Origin: Lophium mytilinum
Lineage: Eukaryota
Assembly: GCA_010093605.1 (NCBI GenBank)
Contig: MU004196.1
Coordinates: 84,606 to 148,605 of the forward strand
Direction: 5' to 3'
Length of the DNA: 64,000 nucleotides
This document shows positions 37,157 through 50,768 of the stretch, one piece after another. Numbering within the stretch: position 1 is the stretch's first letter; each line of letters opens with the position of its first letter. The notes under the pieces are model-generated. The model was not told where the DNA came from. It did not search any database and was given only the letters and a program-made list of their open reading frames with translations. The translations under genes and the position numbers were made by a program.

Positions 37157-38304
37157 TCAACTACGCCCATACCGAGCTTGGCGCTGGACCCAGAATGGGT
37201 GATAAGTGGAATAGTCTAATACAAATGAGTTAGCAATAGCACTTTCGAGGAACCACCACGTCTGACAATTGCTTACCTCTTTCTCCCGAGAGCCCAAGCT
37301 GGCTAGCAACATTGACGTAACCATCCTCATTGACCTTTCCATTCTTCGAAAGCTTCTTCACCATGTCCTCGTCTCCAGCCCATGGAGTACGACAGAATGG
37401 ACAGGTAACGCCACCCCTCGCGCCGCTCTTGGCCGCAGCCCACTGCTCGAAGCAGTGCTTGTGAATGTTGTTCCCGCAGGCGGCCTTGCAATACACGATC
37501 TCCTCTTTGCCCACTTCAAACTCCATGCAGCAGATGGGGCAATCATCTTCGATGGGCTTGCGCTTGCCATCGCTGTCGTCGCTCGAGGCGTCTTCCGTCG
37601 GAATTGGGGGTGCTTTCTCGAGTATCTCGCGGAGCTCGGAGGAAACGAAGGCAACTTGATACTCTAGGTCTCCGGTGACCTTAAGAACTTGCGACAACAC
37701 CTGGTATAGTCAGCGATTGAAGCTTGTGGGGCGGGGTTTTGGGGGGGGTACGTACATAGACAATGTGCTTGCACTGATTGCCCTTCTTCGCATGCGGACA
37801 AGTGCAGTCTGGGACCAGTTTGATCGAGACGGTATAGATGTTGCCCGTCGTTCCAGCAATATCCACATGCTCCTCCGGCGCCTCTGCTGTTCCCTTACGA
37901 GTCCGATCGATCACATACATCCGCTGGGATATCGCACGCTCGCGGATCGTTGCATAAGATAGTGGAGCTTTAGCTCGCCATCTGGTAGCTGTCAGTAAGG
38001 ATTATGCCTCATGTTGTTGTGGCGTAGGGCGCATCGATAGCAAAGGGACACTAAGGACTCACTTCTTCAACCTCTTCTCCTCATTCGGGTCCTTGCGAGC
38101 CCTCGGTTTCTTCTGTTTCTTCTTTGGCGATTCGTCTTGCACCTCATAGACAGGCTTCTTCCGCTCTCCGAGGAACACTATGTCGTCGGACGAGTCGTTC
38201 TCAAGCGAAGGTTGCGGTTGGCTCCGCTTGCGCTTTGACGTCCCAGACGAGCTGGCCGCCTCACTTGTGTGCGCGCCGTGCGCATTGGCGTCGGCGTAGC
38301 CCAT
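37157..38304 (-). CDS. SWIM zinc finger plus RING finger protein
   Basis: GTTGNIYTV.I...PDCTCPH..KG.QCKHIVYV (SWIM) and DDCPICCMEF...CKAACGNNIHKHCFEQW...TCPFCR (RING); three introns. Confidence 0.9.
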
Positions 38305-38905
38305 TGTCGATAGTTTGTTGTGGTGATAGTGGACGGACGGTGAGGTAGAGAAAGTGACGGGCGCAGGGGTGGTGTTTTGGTGGCGGGGAGGCAATCAACT
38401 TCGCGACGTCACGTGAGAACGTGAGGTCTGAGCAGAAACTTGAAGTCTCATCTATAGAAGAGAGTCGTACCTAGACAGGACCTAGTATTCGGCACCCTCT
38501 GATGTGATCCGACGAGGTCATAGCTTGTTAAAGATAATGTAAGACATAATCCATGCAGGTTTCGGAACGTTTTATTAAGCCACTTGAAGCCACTATGCTA
38601 CAGGCGCCTAGTCTTTGTATGCACATCTCATTATCATCATCTCGGCACGGCAGGTACCATGTCTTGGAGAACAGTTCGTATTTCGTATTAGCTCAGGTGA
38701 TTTTGATACCACCTTTCCCTACTGTCCAGGTTCTGAAACCAATGTCAAAAGACTGCCAACCAGAGCTATGGACAGTCCGTTATGGCCCAACACCCTTCCC
38801 AAGAACTAGCCCGGTGATCTTCGTGTCCATCAAGCCTACAAGTAGCAATCAGAACAAAGTCTTCGATGCTACCGCCTCACAAAAACCCCTCAGCCCGCTC
38901 CAGCT

Positions 38906-39769
38906 TCAGTGCAGAACCATGGGAATTTCAACGCCACGGCCAGGCCGGCTGAAATTCGCAGGCTTGCCAGTCCAATTCCTTAGTATATCCACTCCCACCT
39001 CCTCCAGTTCTTCCGGGTTCTTGATGTCGCTAATCCCGTACTTAGTCTTGCAAATCCCCTCCACTCTCTGATCAGGGTGGTTGTGGTAGTGACAAAGTTG
39101 TAGCGGCCTGTCGATTCCCTTGACGCCCATATAATCCATCCAGTACAGATCCTCCTCCATCGTCTTCCCATCCTCATCATTCCTAGGAACCCAACGCTTG
39201 CAATGGATGTCGACGAGCAGAACGCACAGCGGCGCGTGACTCGGGAGGTGATCGAACGCCGTCAGCATCGTGGAATACGGCAGGGCGCGGTGCATAGGAA
39301 TATATCTCGTGTAGAAGACGTCCAGCACGGCTCTGCAGAATCTCGGGACCCCGTAGTTCCACGCGAAGACGTAGAGCTTGACCAGGTAGGCGTCAATCCA
39401 GTTTCTGTTCTGCCACTCTGCTTCGCCGTAGGCCCAGAAGATGTCGATAGCGACCCCGGGAGTGTTTTGGGCGTGCAGCCAACGTAGGAAAACGCGGAAG
39501 ACGTCGCTGGATAGCTCGGGAAGACGGATTTGCTCTTTCATGTGTAGGCCGTTGGTCATGGCTGTCCTGAACTCGTCGCAGTAGCGGGCTAGGAGGATTC
39601 TGGTGACCGTGAAGATGCGCTCGTCCTTGCCGACTATGAACTCGACGGTCTCAGGATGAGAGGAGCTGAGGTTACTGTCAGTAGAAGGACACAGCCAGGT
39701 TCTCGAGAGGTACGAGGCTTACTACGATAGGTGAGGCCTCCGTTTGCCGGTGGGCGCTATGGTGGTCAT
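38906..39769 (-). CDS. BTB/POZ-domain protein
   Basis: ETVEFIVGKDERIFTV.R.LL..YC.EFR.A....IRLPE....VF.VFLRWL, LVKLYVFA..Y.V, LCHYHNH; one intron near the 5' end. Confidence 0.85.
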
Positions 39770-41157
39770 TGCGAGACATGGAAATCGGGGTGGTGACAGC
39801 GGAGGCACTTCAACAAGGCCGATCGAGACCGACGGAAAGGCCGCCCGTTCTTGCGCTTGAGTCTGCGACCTGTCTTGGTTTTCTCGGGTGAGGATTGAGT
39901 TGTGCACTTGTGGTGAAGACCGCAATTCAACGGCGAAAGGTTGACCCGCCAGCCGATGAAAAGGATACTGAAACGCTGATTATGAAGATAGTCGCGGTGT
40001 AGTATTATGCGATTGAGTTCACTGACATATTTCTTTCTGCCTTTTCAGTGGCCGAACGCATTCTCAGAATCTTATATACCGATCTCAACCGATCCTTGAG
40101 TCATCCCCTATTACTCCTCCAGGTGGCCAGTGACGAGGTAAAATACTTTATGAAACATCATCTAACTTACAGCACGAGAACAAGAGGTTCCTTACATCCC
40201 TTTACCGCCGCTTGAAGCGCTTCAAGGAATTTTCAAGAGTTGCATGACGATTCAGATTTGACGTTGTGGACAAGCTTGGAGCTTTACCGGGTTACCTCTG
40301 GGGATTGGAGATAGGTGTACACATAATTGACATGTGACTAACTGCTCTAGCTTCCTCTTAGTATATTAACGCACCACAAGTGGTGTTAGAAGGGTTTGAA
40401 AAAACTTCAACAGTAGTAACGAACATCTTGTTCAGATACTTGAAAGAATAGCAGACAGTTTCGCGCCAGATACACAGAGATCGGGAATAGCACCAAGACG
40501 GTATGTTCCGCACAACCTGTCGTCGCTGTGTGATGTGCCCTCACATGCCGTCGCGAGATCTGAAGACAAGTTAGCTAATAATCTGACTGTGTACTCTTGG
40601 ATAATATCGACTGAAGTAGCCTCGCAAGCTTTCACACATACCCTCTAGGCATTTCGTACACTAGCCTAGCACCGCCTGGGATCCTGTAATATATTATGAG
40701 AGATCGGAAAGGAAGTTTTTGACAAGACTAAAAGCCTTGCGGGCCACCTTGAACGGTATCAGACTGTACCTTGGCACAGTGTGTTCAACAGAAAGTCCGA
40801 GCGTTGCGCCACGACGGGCCAAGGGATGAAATCTCAATAAATTGTTGGAGGGCTTCTCACGGCGGCAGACAGCTGTACTGAAAGTCATTTCTTGACAGAG
40901 TAAGAGCCCGAGCGCTGAAACTCATTGCTGAGCTCGATTGGATCTTTGTAAAGGACTAAAGAAAGTAACGATTGTGCTAAGCTTGTGCCTGCGACACGCG
41001 CCACTACAAGAAAAATGCCCAATACAAACTCCGTTCCCTGCTCTTAAGAAGACAAACGGGGCTCTCGGTTTCTCAACTGGCACTAGCATTAGCACTTTGA
41101 TAGGAAACTGGAAGTTCAAGAAGGACTTGAAGTACTGACGCATATCTCGCCTCGCAA

Positions 41158-42291
41158 TCAGGCGTTGTTGCTGCTCGAATGGGTGCCACTTTGGGGATCA
41201 TATGGCGATGCTGTGGGGTATGAATTCGGATCAAACTGCTGCTGTGGTGCATAATTTTGCACCGACTGTTGCGCATACTGTACTGGATCACCATCGCCAT
41301 TGAAGTTGTGCGGCTGTTGTACTGGTCCACTACTGCTATAGTAGGAATACGGCTCTTGTACTGGACCACCACTGCTGAAGACACCATGCGGCTGTTGTAC
41401 TAGGCCTCCAATGCTGTGAGAACCATTCGGCTGTTGTCCCAGACCTTCAACACCATTGCCATCATGTGGCTGCGAGCCTCCATTGTTGCCCAAGCCTCCT
41501 CCTCGTTCTCCTCCTGGTTGAAACGGCAGCGCCTTTGGGTCGAATTGTCTTAATCCATGTGCTACGCCTGGAGCCTGTTGGGAAGTTGGTGCGAATTGAT
41601 TTGGTTGCGCCGCCGCGGCGATTTGTCCTGTATAAGGCATGTCTTCATCGGGTATGGGATTCGGTACGGAAGGACACCAGACGATAAAATTCTGGCGACA
41701 AATCAAGCGTCCTAGAGCGGAGTGCAGCTCCTCGTGGTAGTCGCAAAGATCAAATTGAACTGCGGTTCCGGCTTTCTCCCGCCGGTAGAGCTGTATGCTG
41801 TTTACAAACTCATGTGGTAAATTAGAGCCATGGTCCCAGTCCTCATCGGGCTGCCATAATAAGCAGTAGGCGTTGAAGAAAAGTCTGAAGAGCGGCGAAT
41901 CCTGTCCCGTCTGCCAGAGGTCCTCAACTAGGGCAGCGTCAGGCACCCTGTCGTGTGTTTGGACAAGGCGGTAGAACTTCGATAGGATAGGTCGGATGAG
42001 CTCAGTGATCTTGTATTCCCTGGCGAAGACGTATACCTCAACTCCATCAGGGTTGGGCGGGCAGAAATCCATGTTGCCCGAAGACAGCCATCTCGCAAAA
42101 AATTCGATGACTTTGTTCGAACAGTTCAAGGGAATTCCGTCTGTTTCGGCTTGATATTCCGCTAGCAAGCTTGCGCACTTGTTCGAGCAAGACTTGAAGG
42201 CTACTCGTCGAACCAAGTGAGTCACCCTAGGTAACGGCTGTGCTGCGGCCCTCAGTTGTATGTTTACACCAGAGCTCCTTGGTTGTGCCAT
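41158..42291 (-). CDS. Divergent BTB-like protein with Q/G/P-rich repetitive tail
   Basis: IEFFARWL, VEVYVFAREYKI, SPLFRLF..AYC..W and FDLCDYHEE parallel the neighbouring BTB gene. The C-terminus has 13-aa repeats. Confidence 0.7.
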   Translation of the reverse strand: MAQPRSSGVNIQLRAAAQPLPRVTHLVRRVAFKSCSNKCASLLAEYQAETDGIPLNCSNKVIEFFARWLSSGNMDFCPPNPDGVEVYVFAREYKITELIRPILSKFYRLVQTHDRVPDAALVEDLWQTGQDSPLFRLFFNAYCLLWQPDEDWDHGSNLPHEFVNSIQLYRREKAGTAVQFDLCDYHEELHSALGRLICRQNFIVWCPSVPNPIPDEDMPYTGQIAAAAQPNQFAPTSQQAPGVAHGLRQFDPKALPFQPGGERGGGLGNNGGSQPHDGNGVEGLGQQPNGSHSIGGLVQQPHGVFSSGGPVQEPYSYYSSSGPVQQPHNFNGDGDPVQYAQQSVQNYAPQQQFDPNSYPTASPYDPQSGTHSSSNNA

Positions 42292-43372
42292 TGTCCACAG
42301 TTACAGAAACGAGTGTGAATAATCCTAAGATGGCACGGCATTAGAGAAGATGATTGCAGGGGATGAAAGACACTTGCGATGTATGTAACAGAAAGAGCTA
42401 TATCGATGCTGTCAGAGTAGAAATTTTCAAATGATGATGGCTGATGTGAGAGGCGAGAGGCGAGAGAAGGTGAGTATGTCAATAAGCAGCGGCATGCGCC
42501 TGCCAGATAATCCATACAGTGACAGGCCACAAGTCTGGGCACACTGGTACGCCACTGCTTGGGGTCCCCCGCATGGTTTCGAAGACTCAACGGCGATGTC
42601 AAGCTTCAAGCAGTGCAGATTAGACTGCCTTTGACTACTTACTTGCTCAGCAGCCAGGCTACCCCCAACAGTGGTATTGAGCGGCAGGTTGGAGCCGAGT
42701 CCGCGTGCCCAAACCTGTGGCCTAGGACTGGAGCTATTGGAACTGACGAAGCATGACCCCCAGCGAAGGCACCTGCAGTGCCGAGTGATAAATTTGTCAA
42801 GGACGGTCGAATGATTTGAGGTACTAAGAGCAGCGGCAGATGAGATTACACACATCCACATCAGACGCAGATTGAAATTGGAAGAAGAGACACTGCATCA
42901 CGAGTCGTCACGGTTTTGTGTACACTCCTCTGCCACTGGCCGAGCGCTGGTTATTCTCGGAGAAACCAGGACGTGAGTTCATCTTTCAACGGGCCTGTGA
43001 AGTCGTCAGGCCACTTCTTGCGGTGTTGGCTTTACCTCTCCTATCGGACATTGGCCCTCTTATCTCGAACTGTATCCGATACGCTCACCTAAGTATGCAA
43101 ACCTTTATCACAAGACTCTGACGGTCGATCAATCCAAAGACCAGAGTAACAGTCGGGTATTCCCAAAGCCAGACACAGGTCAAGTAAATAAAGTCCTCAG
43201 CTGGGCCACATTGGCTTTTCGTAGCATGTAATCCACCTCAACATGCTTAAAGACAAAGGAGGCATTGGATGGAAGGATGAATTTGTACAAACAGAGCTCC
43301 TTCTAAAGGCTCCTTGGGGAAAAGGGAATGCCAAACCACATGCGCAACCCCAGTGCATCCGTGCCACGATAT

Positions 43373-44266
43373 CTACTTCCTGTACCACATGCGGGTGATC
43401 TGTGGGGTTCGTCAGTTGCTGTTTTCGTAAATACTGTACAAATGAAGTCGTACCTTGGTATGTCTCATCTTCTTCTGCAATTGAAAGACTCCGTACATTA
43501 GAGCCTCTGCTGTTGGAGGGCATCCAGGCACGTAAATGTCAACAGGGACGATCCTATCGCATCCTCTTGTGACGGAGTAGCTGTAATGGTAGTATCCTCC
43601 TCCGTTCGCGCAGCTGCCCATTGATATAACCCAGCGGGGCTCTGGCATCTGATCATAGACTTGTCGCAACGCCGGAGCCATTTTATTCGTCAATGTTCCT
43701 GCCACAATCATGACGTCGGACTGGCGGGGAGAGGCACGAAAGATTATACCAAGTCGGTCCTGATCGTATCGTGGCGTAGACAGGTGCATCATCTCGATAG
43801 CACAGCAGGCGAGACCGAAGGTCATGGGCCAGAGGGAGCTTTGGCGGGCCCAATTGGCGACTTGATCAAGAGTAGTGCTGCGTCTGTGTCAGTCCCAATT
43901 GCTCTCAAAAGACTCCCATACAGCGACCCAGGTCATGGTCGGATATAAGATCAAAGAAGATGCCACATACAGCGCATATTGCATGGCGCCCTTCTTCCCC
44001 TCCTGGCTCGGCAATGCCACCTCCCGTCGCGCCTTTTTCATCGGGGGAGGGGGCGGTGGGCCGTCAGAGATCAGTCCGGGAGTTTGCATGTAGGAGGCTG
44101 GCTTGGACGAGTTCGAGATGAATGCCGCGGATCCTGCCCGGTATGGAAGCAATGCGGTGGAGGGTCTGGCTATCCGGATATGTTAGCTGTGGCGCGAGAC
44201 AGATTGCAAGCGGAGGAGCCTACCTCGCAGGGCCATTGAGGCTGCAAACCTTGTCGTCGACAACAT
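43373..44266 (-). CDS. NDUFS7: NADH:ubiquinone oxidoreductase PSST (NDUFS7/NuoB-type) subunit
   Basis: [71 protein letters not shown], ends ITRMWYRK; three introns. Confidence 0.96.
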
Positions 44267-44702
44267 GTTGGCGACTGGGACAAAGGAGACGCAGCGTTGA
44301 AGGAGGGGAGAGAGGAGAGCGTGGTGGTGGCGATCGAGATAGCTGCCGGATCGATGGTGATGTCGACTGTAAGTTCGGTTTGCCAAGTCCTAAGTCACGT
44401 GTGCTTAGTTTACTCTTCATCTTGTCTGTGGTTGGCTACTGGACTGGCGAACTCCTGTCACCAAGTCGCGGAACATCAGAACAGCAACGACTGCACGGGA
44501 CGTTGTTTGGAAGAAGAGCGGCACATTACCGGAAGATCGCATCAAATTGTGCAGGACTTTCAAACCAAGCTCTCGTTCACTCAAAATACGCATTGTTTCT
44601 GTGCTGACTACGGGCTACTCACGGTGACAAGCGTGAAACTGTGGCAGCTTTCGAGCTTCCTTTACTTCCCTTAAACAGCATTCCAGAACTGCCAACAGAA
44701 TT

Positions 44703-45338
44703 ATGGCGGGTCGAGCTCCATCTATAGCCTGCATCGGCGTGATCGGAAAGCAAGTAGGTATCTATCAAATTGGTTTCCGTAGATCATTCCTGCTCATACC
44801 GCCTCCAGAACAATCCCCTCCACATATCTTTATTTCCCCCCGAAAAGAGAGCGCCACTGGAGTTCTCCTTGCTTCTGTCTTCATGCTTGGATATCTTCGA
44901 AGCTCGCCTGCCACGCCACACCGTTGACCAAGACTTTGGCCTGCTCCAAGCCGTGGACGATCGACTTTCGATGTACGGCTGGCTTACGAACACGGGCGTG
45001 AAGTTCGTCGTCGTGGTCGATATGGAAGGTCGGCCTGCTACTGTTGCTGAGAGTCGAAACTCTGCCGTCATGGGCATCAGAGATGCCGATCTAAAACCAG
45101 TAAGTATGCAAGTTGAATCAATATCTCCAAGCCCCTAATTACCGGACAGGCCTTTCGGGCGTTGCAAACTGCATACATTAGCTTATTGCGAAATCCGTTC
45201 TATGACCCGGATGAGCATTCCCCAGCGACAGCGAACGCGGAGCAGAGAGTCGGGTCTACTCAAATCACGAGTCGTAATTTCATCCGGGAAGTGAAGCGAA
45301 TTGGAGATTCTTGGGCTCCTGGCGTCACCAATCTTTGA
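44703..45338 (+). CDS. Sedlin-family TRAPP subunit (TRAPPC2L/Tca17-like)
   Basis: IACIGVIGKQ|NNPLHI, DFGLLQAVDDRLSMYGWLTNTGVKFV, AFRALQTAYI.LLRNPFY; two introns. Confidence 0.88.
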
Positions 45339-45555
45339 GTAGGGCATTGTCCCCTCGATTCGATCAATCTTGCAGCATTTGTGGCGTTAAGTTTGTCTCC
45401 ATTTGATTTGCAGAGGTACTATCTCTTCTGTGTAACAGCAATCCAGTCACTCTAAAACATCGTTTTCATAGACTTAGTTCTCTGCGAGAAGATCATCAAA
45501 AGTTCACGAACAGAGATATTCTCCATGGCCCTTGTTACTACCTACATAGAACATT

Positions 45556-47937
45556 ATGGCAATCCATATCGCCAAGAGAAAAGCTCCTCTGGTGTGTCTC
45601 GCTTGCCCAAGCGCTAGGCGATCTTCCGAGGTCCTCGACTTCAACATCTCATTGAAAGCCTTCTCGTACACATCCTTCCATTCCAGCTCAATGCCTCCAA
45701 ATGTCTCTTCTACTAGCGTCACAATCACAAACCCACTCGTACTTTATCGTGCATTGCTAGCTACTAACCGCATCAAGCCCGACCACGCCCAATATCGTCT
45801 AGGTAGGTGACGTCGACCATTTAGCTTGCTCCGTAAATTGACCATAATTGACGCAGCGCTACACCTTCAGAAATTATACGAAAGACTCATAGACTACGAG
45901 CCAACGATAGAATACAGTCTGCGATTAAACCAACTGAGCCGAGCTTTCGGTGGTGTTGATCCCTCCGCGGTCCCGTCCGACACCGCCAAGGCCGGCAGTC
46001 AAGGCCTATGGACATCGTTCTTACGAGAAAAGGACAAAAGAGATGGTCTTGCTTTGACGCGAATCTTGACAAGTCAAGATGCAGCGCTCCAACTTAATTC
46101 TCCGTACAGCTTCCATCTACACCAGATTGACTTCCTTGTAGACTAATGTACACACAGGCAAGGACTAATGCTTCACGGCGAGGTCGGAACAGGCAAGAGC
46201 ATGCTAATCGACCTTTTCGCCGACTGTCTACCAAACCAAAAGAAAAAGCGATGGCATTTCAACACTTTCATGCTAGAAACCTTCGCAAGGCTCGAGACAT
46301 TGCGTCGAGAGCGCTCAGCTCAATCGTCAAGCAAAATTTCACAGGCCCAGCAAGATGACCATGCTCTACTAAGGTTGGCGCGAGACATGATCCAGACCTC
46401 CCCTATACTATTCCTAGACGAATTTCAGCTGCCAGATAGAGCCGCTTCGAAGATAATGTCGAACCTAATGACAGGCTTCTTCCAACTCGGCGGCGTACTC
46501 ATAGCAACAAGCAACCGAATGCCCGAAGAGCTGGCTAAAGCCGCTGGAATAGAGTTCTCAAGGCCACCGTCACGACTGGAGTCTTTGGGGTGGAAGTTTG
46601 GGCTCCGAGGGGCTGGCAATCCTAACGCTCAGCACGGAGAGTTCACGGCATTCCTCGACGTACTGAAAGCAAGATGCGAGATCTGGGAGATGAACAGCGG
46701 GAAAGATTATAGACGACTAGACGCTGAAGAGAACCAGGAAACTACCGTCGATATCTCCATACCGGTTGCCACACATGCAACACCTGCAGCTGCAGAGAGC
46801 GGCTCAACCAACATTTCCGAACCCACCTCCCCACCCTCCCAAACCTCCACCGACCCCCCAGCAGACCCATCCCCCCCAAAACTCCCCAAATTCTTCCTCA
46901 TCGAACCCCATAACACCCCAGAATCCTGGCAAACCCTCCTCAACCTCCCCACCCCCATCCCCTGGACCCCGACCACCCTCCACATCCACGCCCGCACCCT
47001 CCCCATCCCCCGCACCTACAACCGCATCGCCCATTTCACCTTCGCCGAGCTCTGCGCCGCCCCCCTCGGCCCCGCCGACTACATCTCCCTCGCCGCCACC
47101 TACCACACCCTCATCGTAACCGCCATCCCGGTCCTGACTTCCGCGCACAAGAACGAAGCCCGCCGCTTCATCACCCTCCTCGACGCCCTCTACGAAGCGC
47201 GCTGCAAGCTGCTCCTCTCCGCCGCTGCGGGGCCTGATGAGTTATTGTTCCCCGAGTCGCCAACGCCAGTAGGTGGGGATGGGGTCCGCCAGGACGGCGG
47301 GGCACAGGCAGATGGGGATAGTAACGGCGACGCGGACGCTGAGACCTTCGCCGCCGCCTACCAAGACGCGACAGCCCCCTTCCGGCCGAATATCTCGTCG
47401 TACCACCTCGGCGGCGGCAGCCTCGCGCCGGACGCGCTGGAGGACGATCCGCCGAATCGCGCGCAGCGCGTGGGGAGTTCGTTCACGGACGAGCGCGCGG
47501 CTGGGGTAGACTTTGGCCGCACGGGGAGTTTTACCGGGGAGGACGAGCGGTTTGCGGTGAAGCGGGCGCGGAGTCGGATGTGGGAGATGTGCTCGGCGAA
47601 GTGGTGGGGGAGGGGGGAGGAGGGGTGGTGGAGGCCTGTGCCGTTGAGTGTGCGACGGTGGGAGGGGATGGTGGGGGGAGGGGGAGGTCAGGAGGAAGGG
47701 GGTGGGGATGATAGGGTCGGAGATGGTAGAGTTGGAGGAGAGAGAGAGCTAAAAGAAGATGGGTCGTTGTTTAGGCATGATGCCAGCCCGTTTCGAACGA
47801 TTGCGGAGCCGCCGCCGAAGATTAGCTGGACGCATGTTTGGGGGACGGTCAAGTGGGGGAAGAGGGCTGGGGCTTGGGGAAAGGGGGTGGAAGGCCTGGG
47901 TGAGAGGAGGGAAGAGAAGGAGAAGGGAGAGAAGTAG
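45556..47937 (+). CDS. AFG1/LACE1-like mitochondrial ATPase
   Basis: GLMLHGEVGTGKSMLIDLF (Walker A), HFNTFM, LFLDEFQLPD (Walker B), LIATSNRMPEEL, DYRR, NEARRFITLLDALYE; two introns. Confidence 0.92.
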
Positions 47938-48264
47938 ATCCTAATATGTATATATGGTTAGCTGTATATGCTGTTAGTGGTTTTGTTGGAGAAGCATCCA
48001 CACAAGCTCTCCTTCATAAGTATTACTATAACACATGCCAATCGAATTCCTGGAGTGGTATGGTGACGCTCGATAATTTTCATTGATTCCGTATTGGTGG
48101 ATATTTTCCGCTTTCACAGCATAGCCCATCCCTGGACTCCAGAAGAAAGTCGTTCCTTCGCCAGTTCCAACTAGAATTCTCTTCCCCAGACCTCAGAAAC
48201 CCCAGCAGCCACACACCGCCACCAATGAGCCAGTATGTCGGTTGTCCATCTCCAACCACCACGC

Positions 48265-49062
<798 letters not shown>

Positions 49063-49724
49063 GGCGACTTGAGCTGTGAGGAGTCGGATGTGTGGTTTGC
49101 GAACCGCGAGAGCCGACTTGAAGAGTGCGGTGGAGATTTCCTAAGCGAACCAACGCTAGCCCCAAAACGGTTGGGCCGACTCGAACCACTCAACCACAAA
49201 ATTGAAGAAGATGCAATCCAATTATTGGGATATACGCGTGCTGTCGCAGCAACCACCTCAATGGCTTTGATCATACTACTGGTAGTTCTGTTCAAACCTT
49301 AATGGTCACATCTTCACTTTTGAATGAAGAGGGCAAAGCATTGATACCAATTATACCGATTAGATTAACTAAAACCGAAATGTGAACCTAGCAGATACCT
49401 AGATACAGAGTGGAGGCCGTTTCTACATGACATCGTTTGAGGCGGCCATCTTCTCAACCAGCCCCAAGCCTGCACCATAAACCGAAAGATACCCAGACAT
49501 ACGCTCACATGGCCGATCTAAGGCCTAAAAGTCATAGAGACAACCACCGTTGACTGGAAAGAAAGGATAGTGGGAGGTTCCACATTAAGAATTGCTTCCT
49601 TAAATGGGAAGATTTGTAACAAAAGATCGCTAAGAGATAGGGAGGGTGTAGCCTTGATGATGAGAAGCAGTGTCGAGAGCGAGCTAGGGAATGAAGGAGC
49701 GCACGAATGAGCGATTGCAAGGAC

Positions 49725-50768
49725 TCAAAGCTTCGACGAAAGGCCGTTGACCGCACGAGAGGCTTGAACAAAGAGTGTCGCTGGCTCATACCAGTCGTTT
49801 TCCTTGGAATAAACACCACAGATATCGTTGAGACCTTCAAGAAGGCCAGCCTCCGCCCAAGACTCGGGTGAGAATCGACACTTCGCTTTCCCCACGAAAT
49901 CGCGCAGCATCGTCGCCTGACGCATAGAGCTGCGGATCTTTTCGTTCTGGCTTCCAAGAGCCTGAATCGTCACATCCAACACGACCTCTTTGCGGTATGT
50001 CAAACCGCTCTTTTGAGCATTGTTCGAGTTCAGTTCCGGTGTATCCGTCAACCTGGAACTGAACTCGCTCGCGAGAATGAGATCCTCGAGGATCTTGAGC
50101 TTCTCTCCCTGCTTCGAACGAGACTCCGCCTCCCTCTTCGCCTTGCCCACCCGTTTTTGGCGTGACCGGGAAGTCCTCTGGGGATTCCCGGTGTCCGTAA
50201 CGGTTCTCCCATCCGAAGGCGTCCCGACTCGAGGAGACCAGAAGGAACGCACGGATGAGGATCGACGATCGTGCATGGTAGCAGGGTCCGAAGCTCGGCG
50301 GTTGGCACTTTGTTGCCAATAGAACACGGGTTCCTCATCGGAAGAAGAACGAGGCGTTGGCGGCGAAGCGCCGCTTTCCAGAGCGTTGACTGATGTTTGC
50401 GAGGCTGCAATACATTGATTGCAGCGAGTCTGGAGTGGTGATGCGGGGAAAAAGGTCCCACACTCGACGCAAGTCAACTGGGCATTCGTATGCCCATACG
50501 TTGATAAGGGCGTACACAGCCCGTTCAGTCCAGTGGTCATTGGGGATCCTGGTAATGAGGACCACTCCTGCTTTACTCGCGGTGCAGGAGCCGCATTTAG
50601 TAGTACATCAATGCCAGGGAGCGTGGTGGTCGGCTGGCTATGTGTAAGGAGAGGGCTGCAACACAGAATTAGTATGAACAAAAAAAGGAGCTCCAAAGAA
50701 ACTCACGCAAGCTGCCCGGGACCTCTGACGCGGGGATTGACCCCACTGTAGTTTGATGTCCGCGTCAT
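49725..50768 (-). CDS. Hypothetical protein with CxxC..CxxC motif and a possible degenerate bHLH region
   Basis: Exon1 MTRTSNYSGVNPRVRGPGQLA (donor GTGAGT, branch CTAAT) splices in frame to the long ORF. CVECG...RCNQC, then KREAESRSKQGEKLKILEDLI...YRKEVVLDVTI. Confidence 0.6.

Noticed and set aside
40700..41138. Possible decayed gene on the + strand (LDLCKGLKKVTIVL)
   Set aside because: Interrupted by stops, with no motif I can assign to a family.
50640..50696. Signal peptide MELLFLFILILCC suggesting a secreted effector
   Set aside because: It begins at TTG inside a GTGAGT..CTAAT..CAG intron; the hydrophobic run is the pyrimidine tract.
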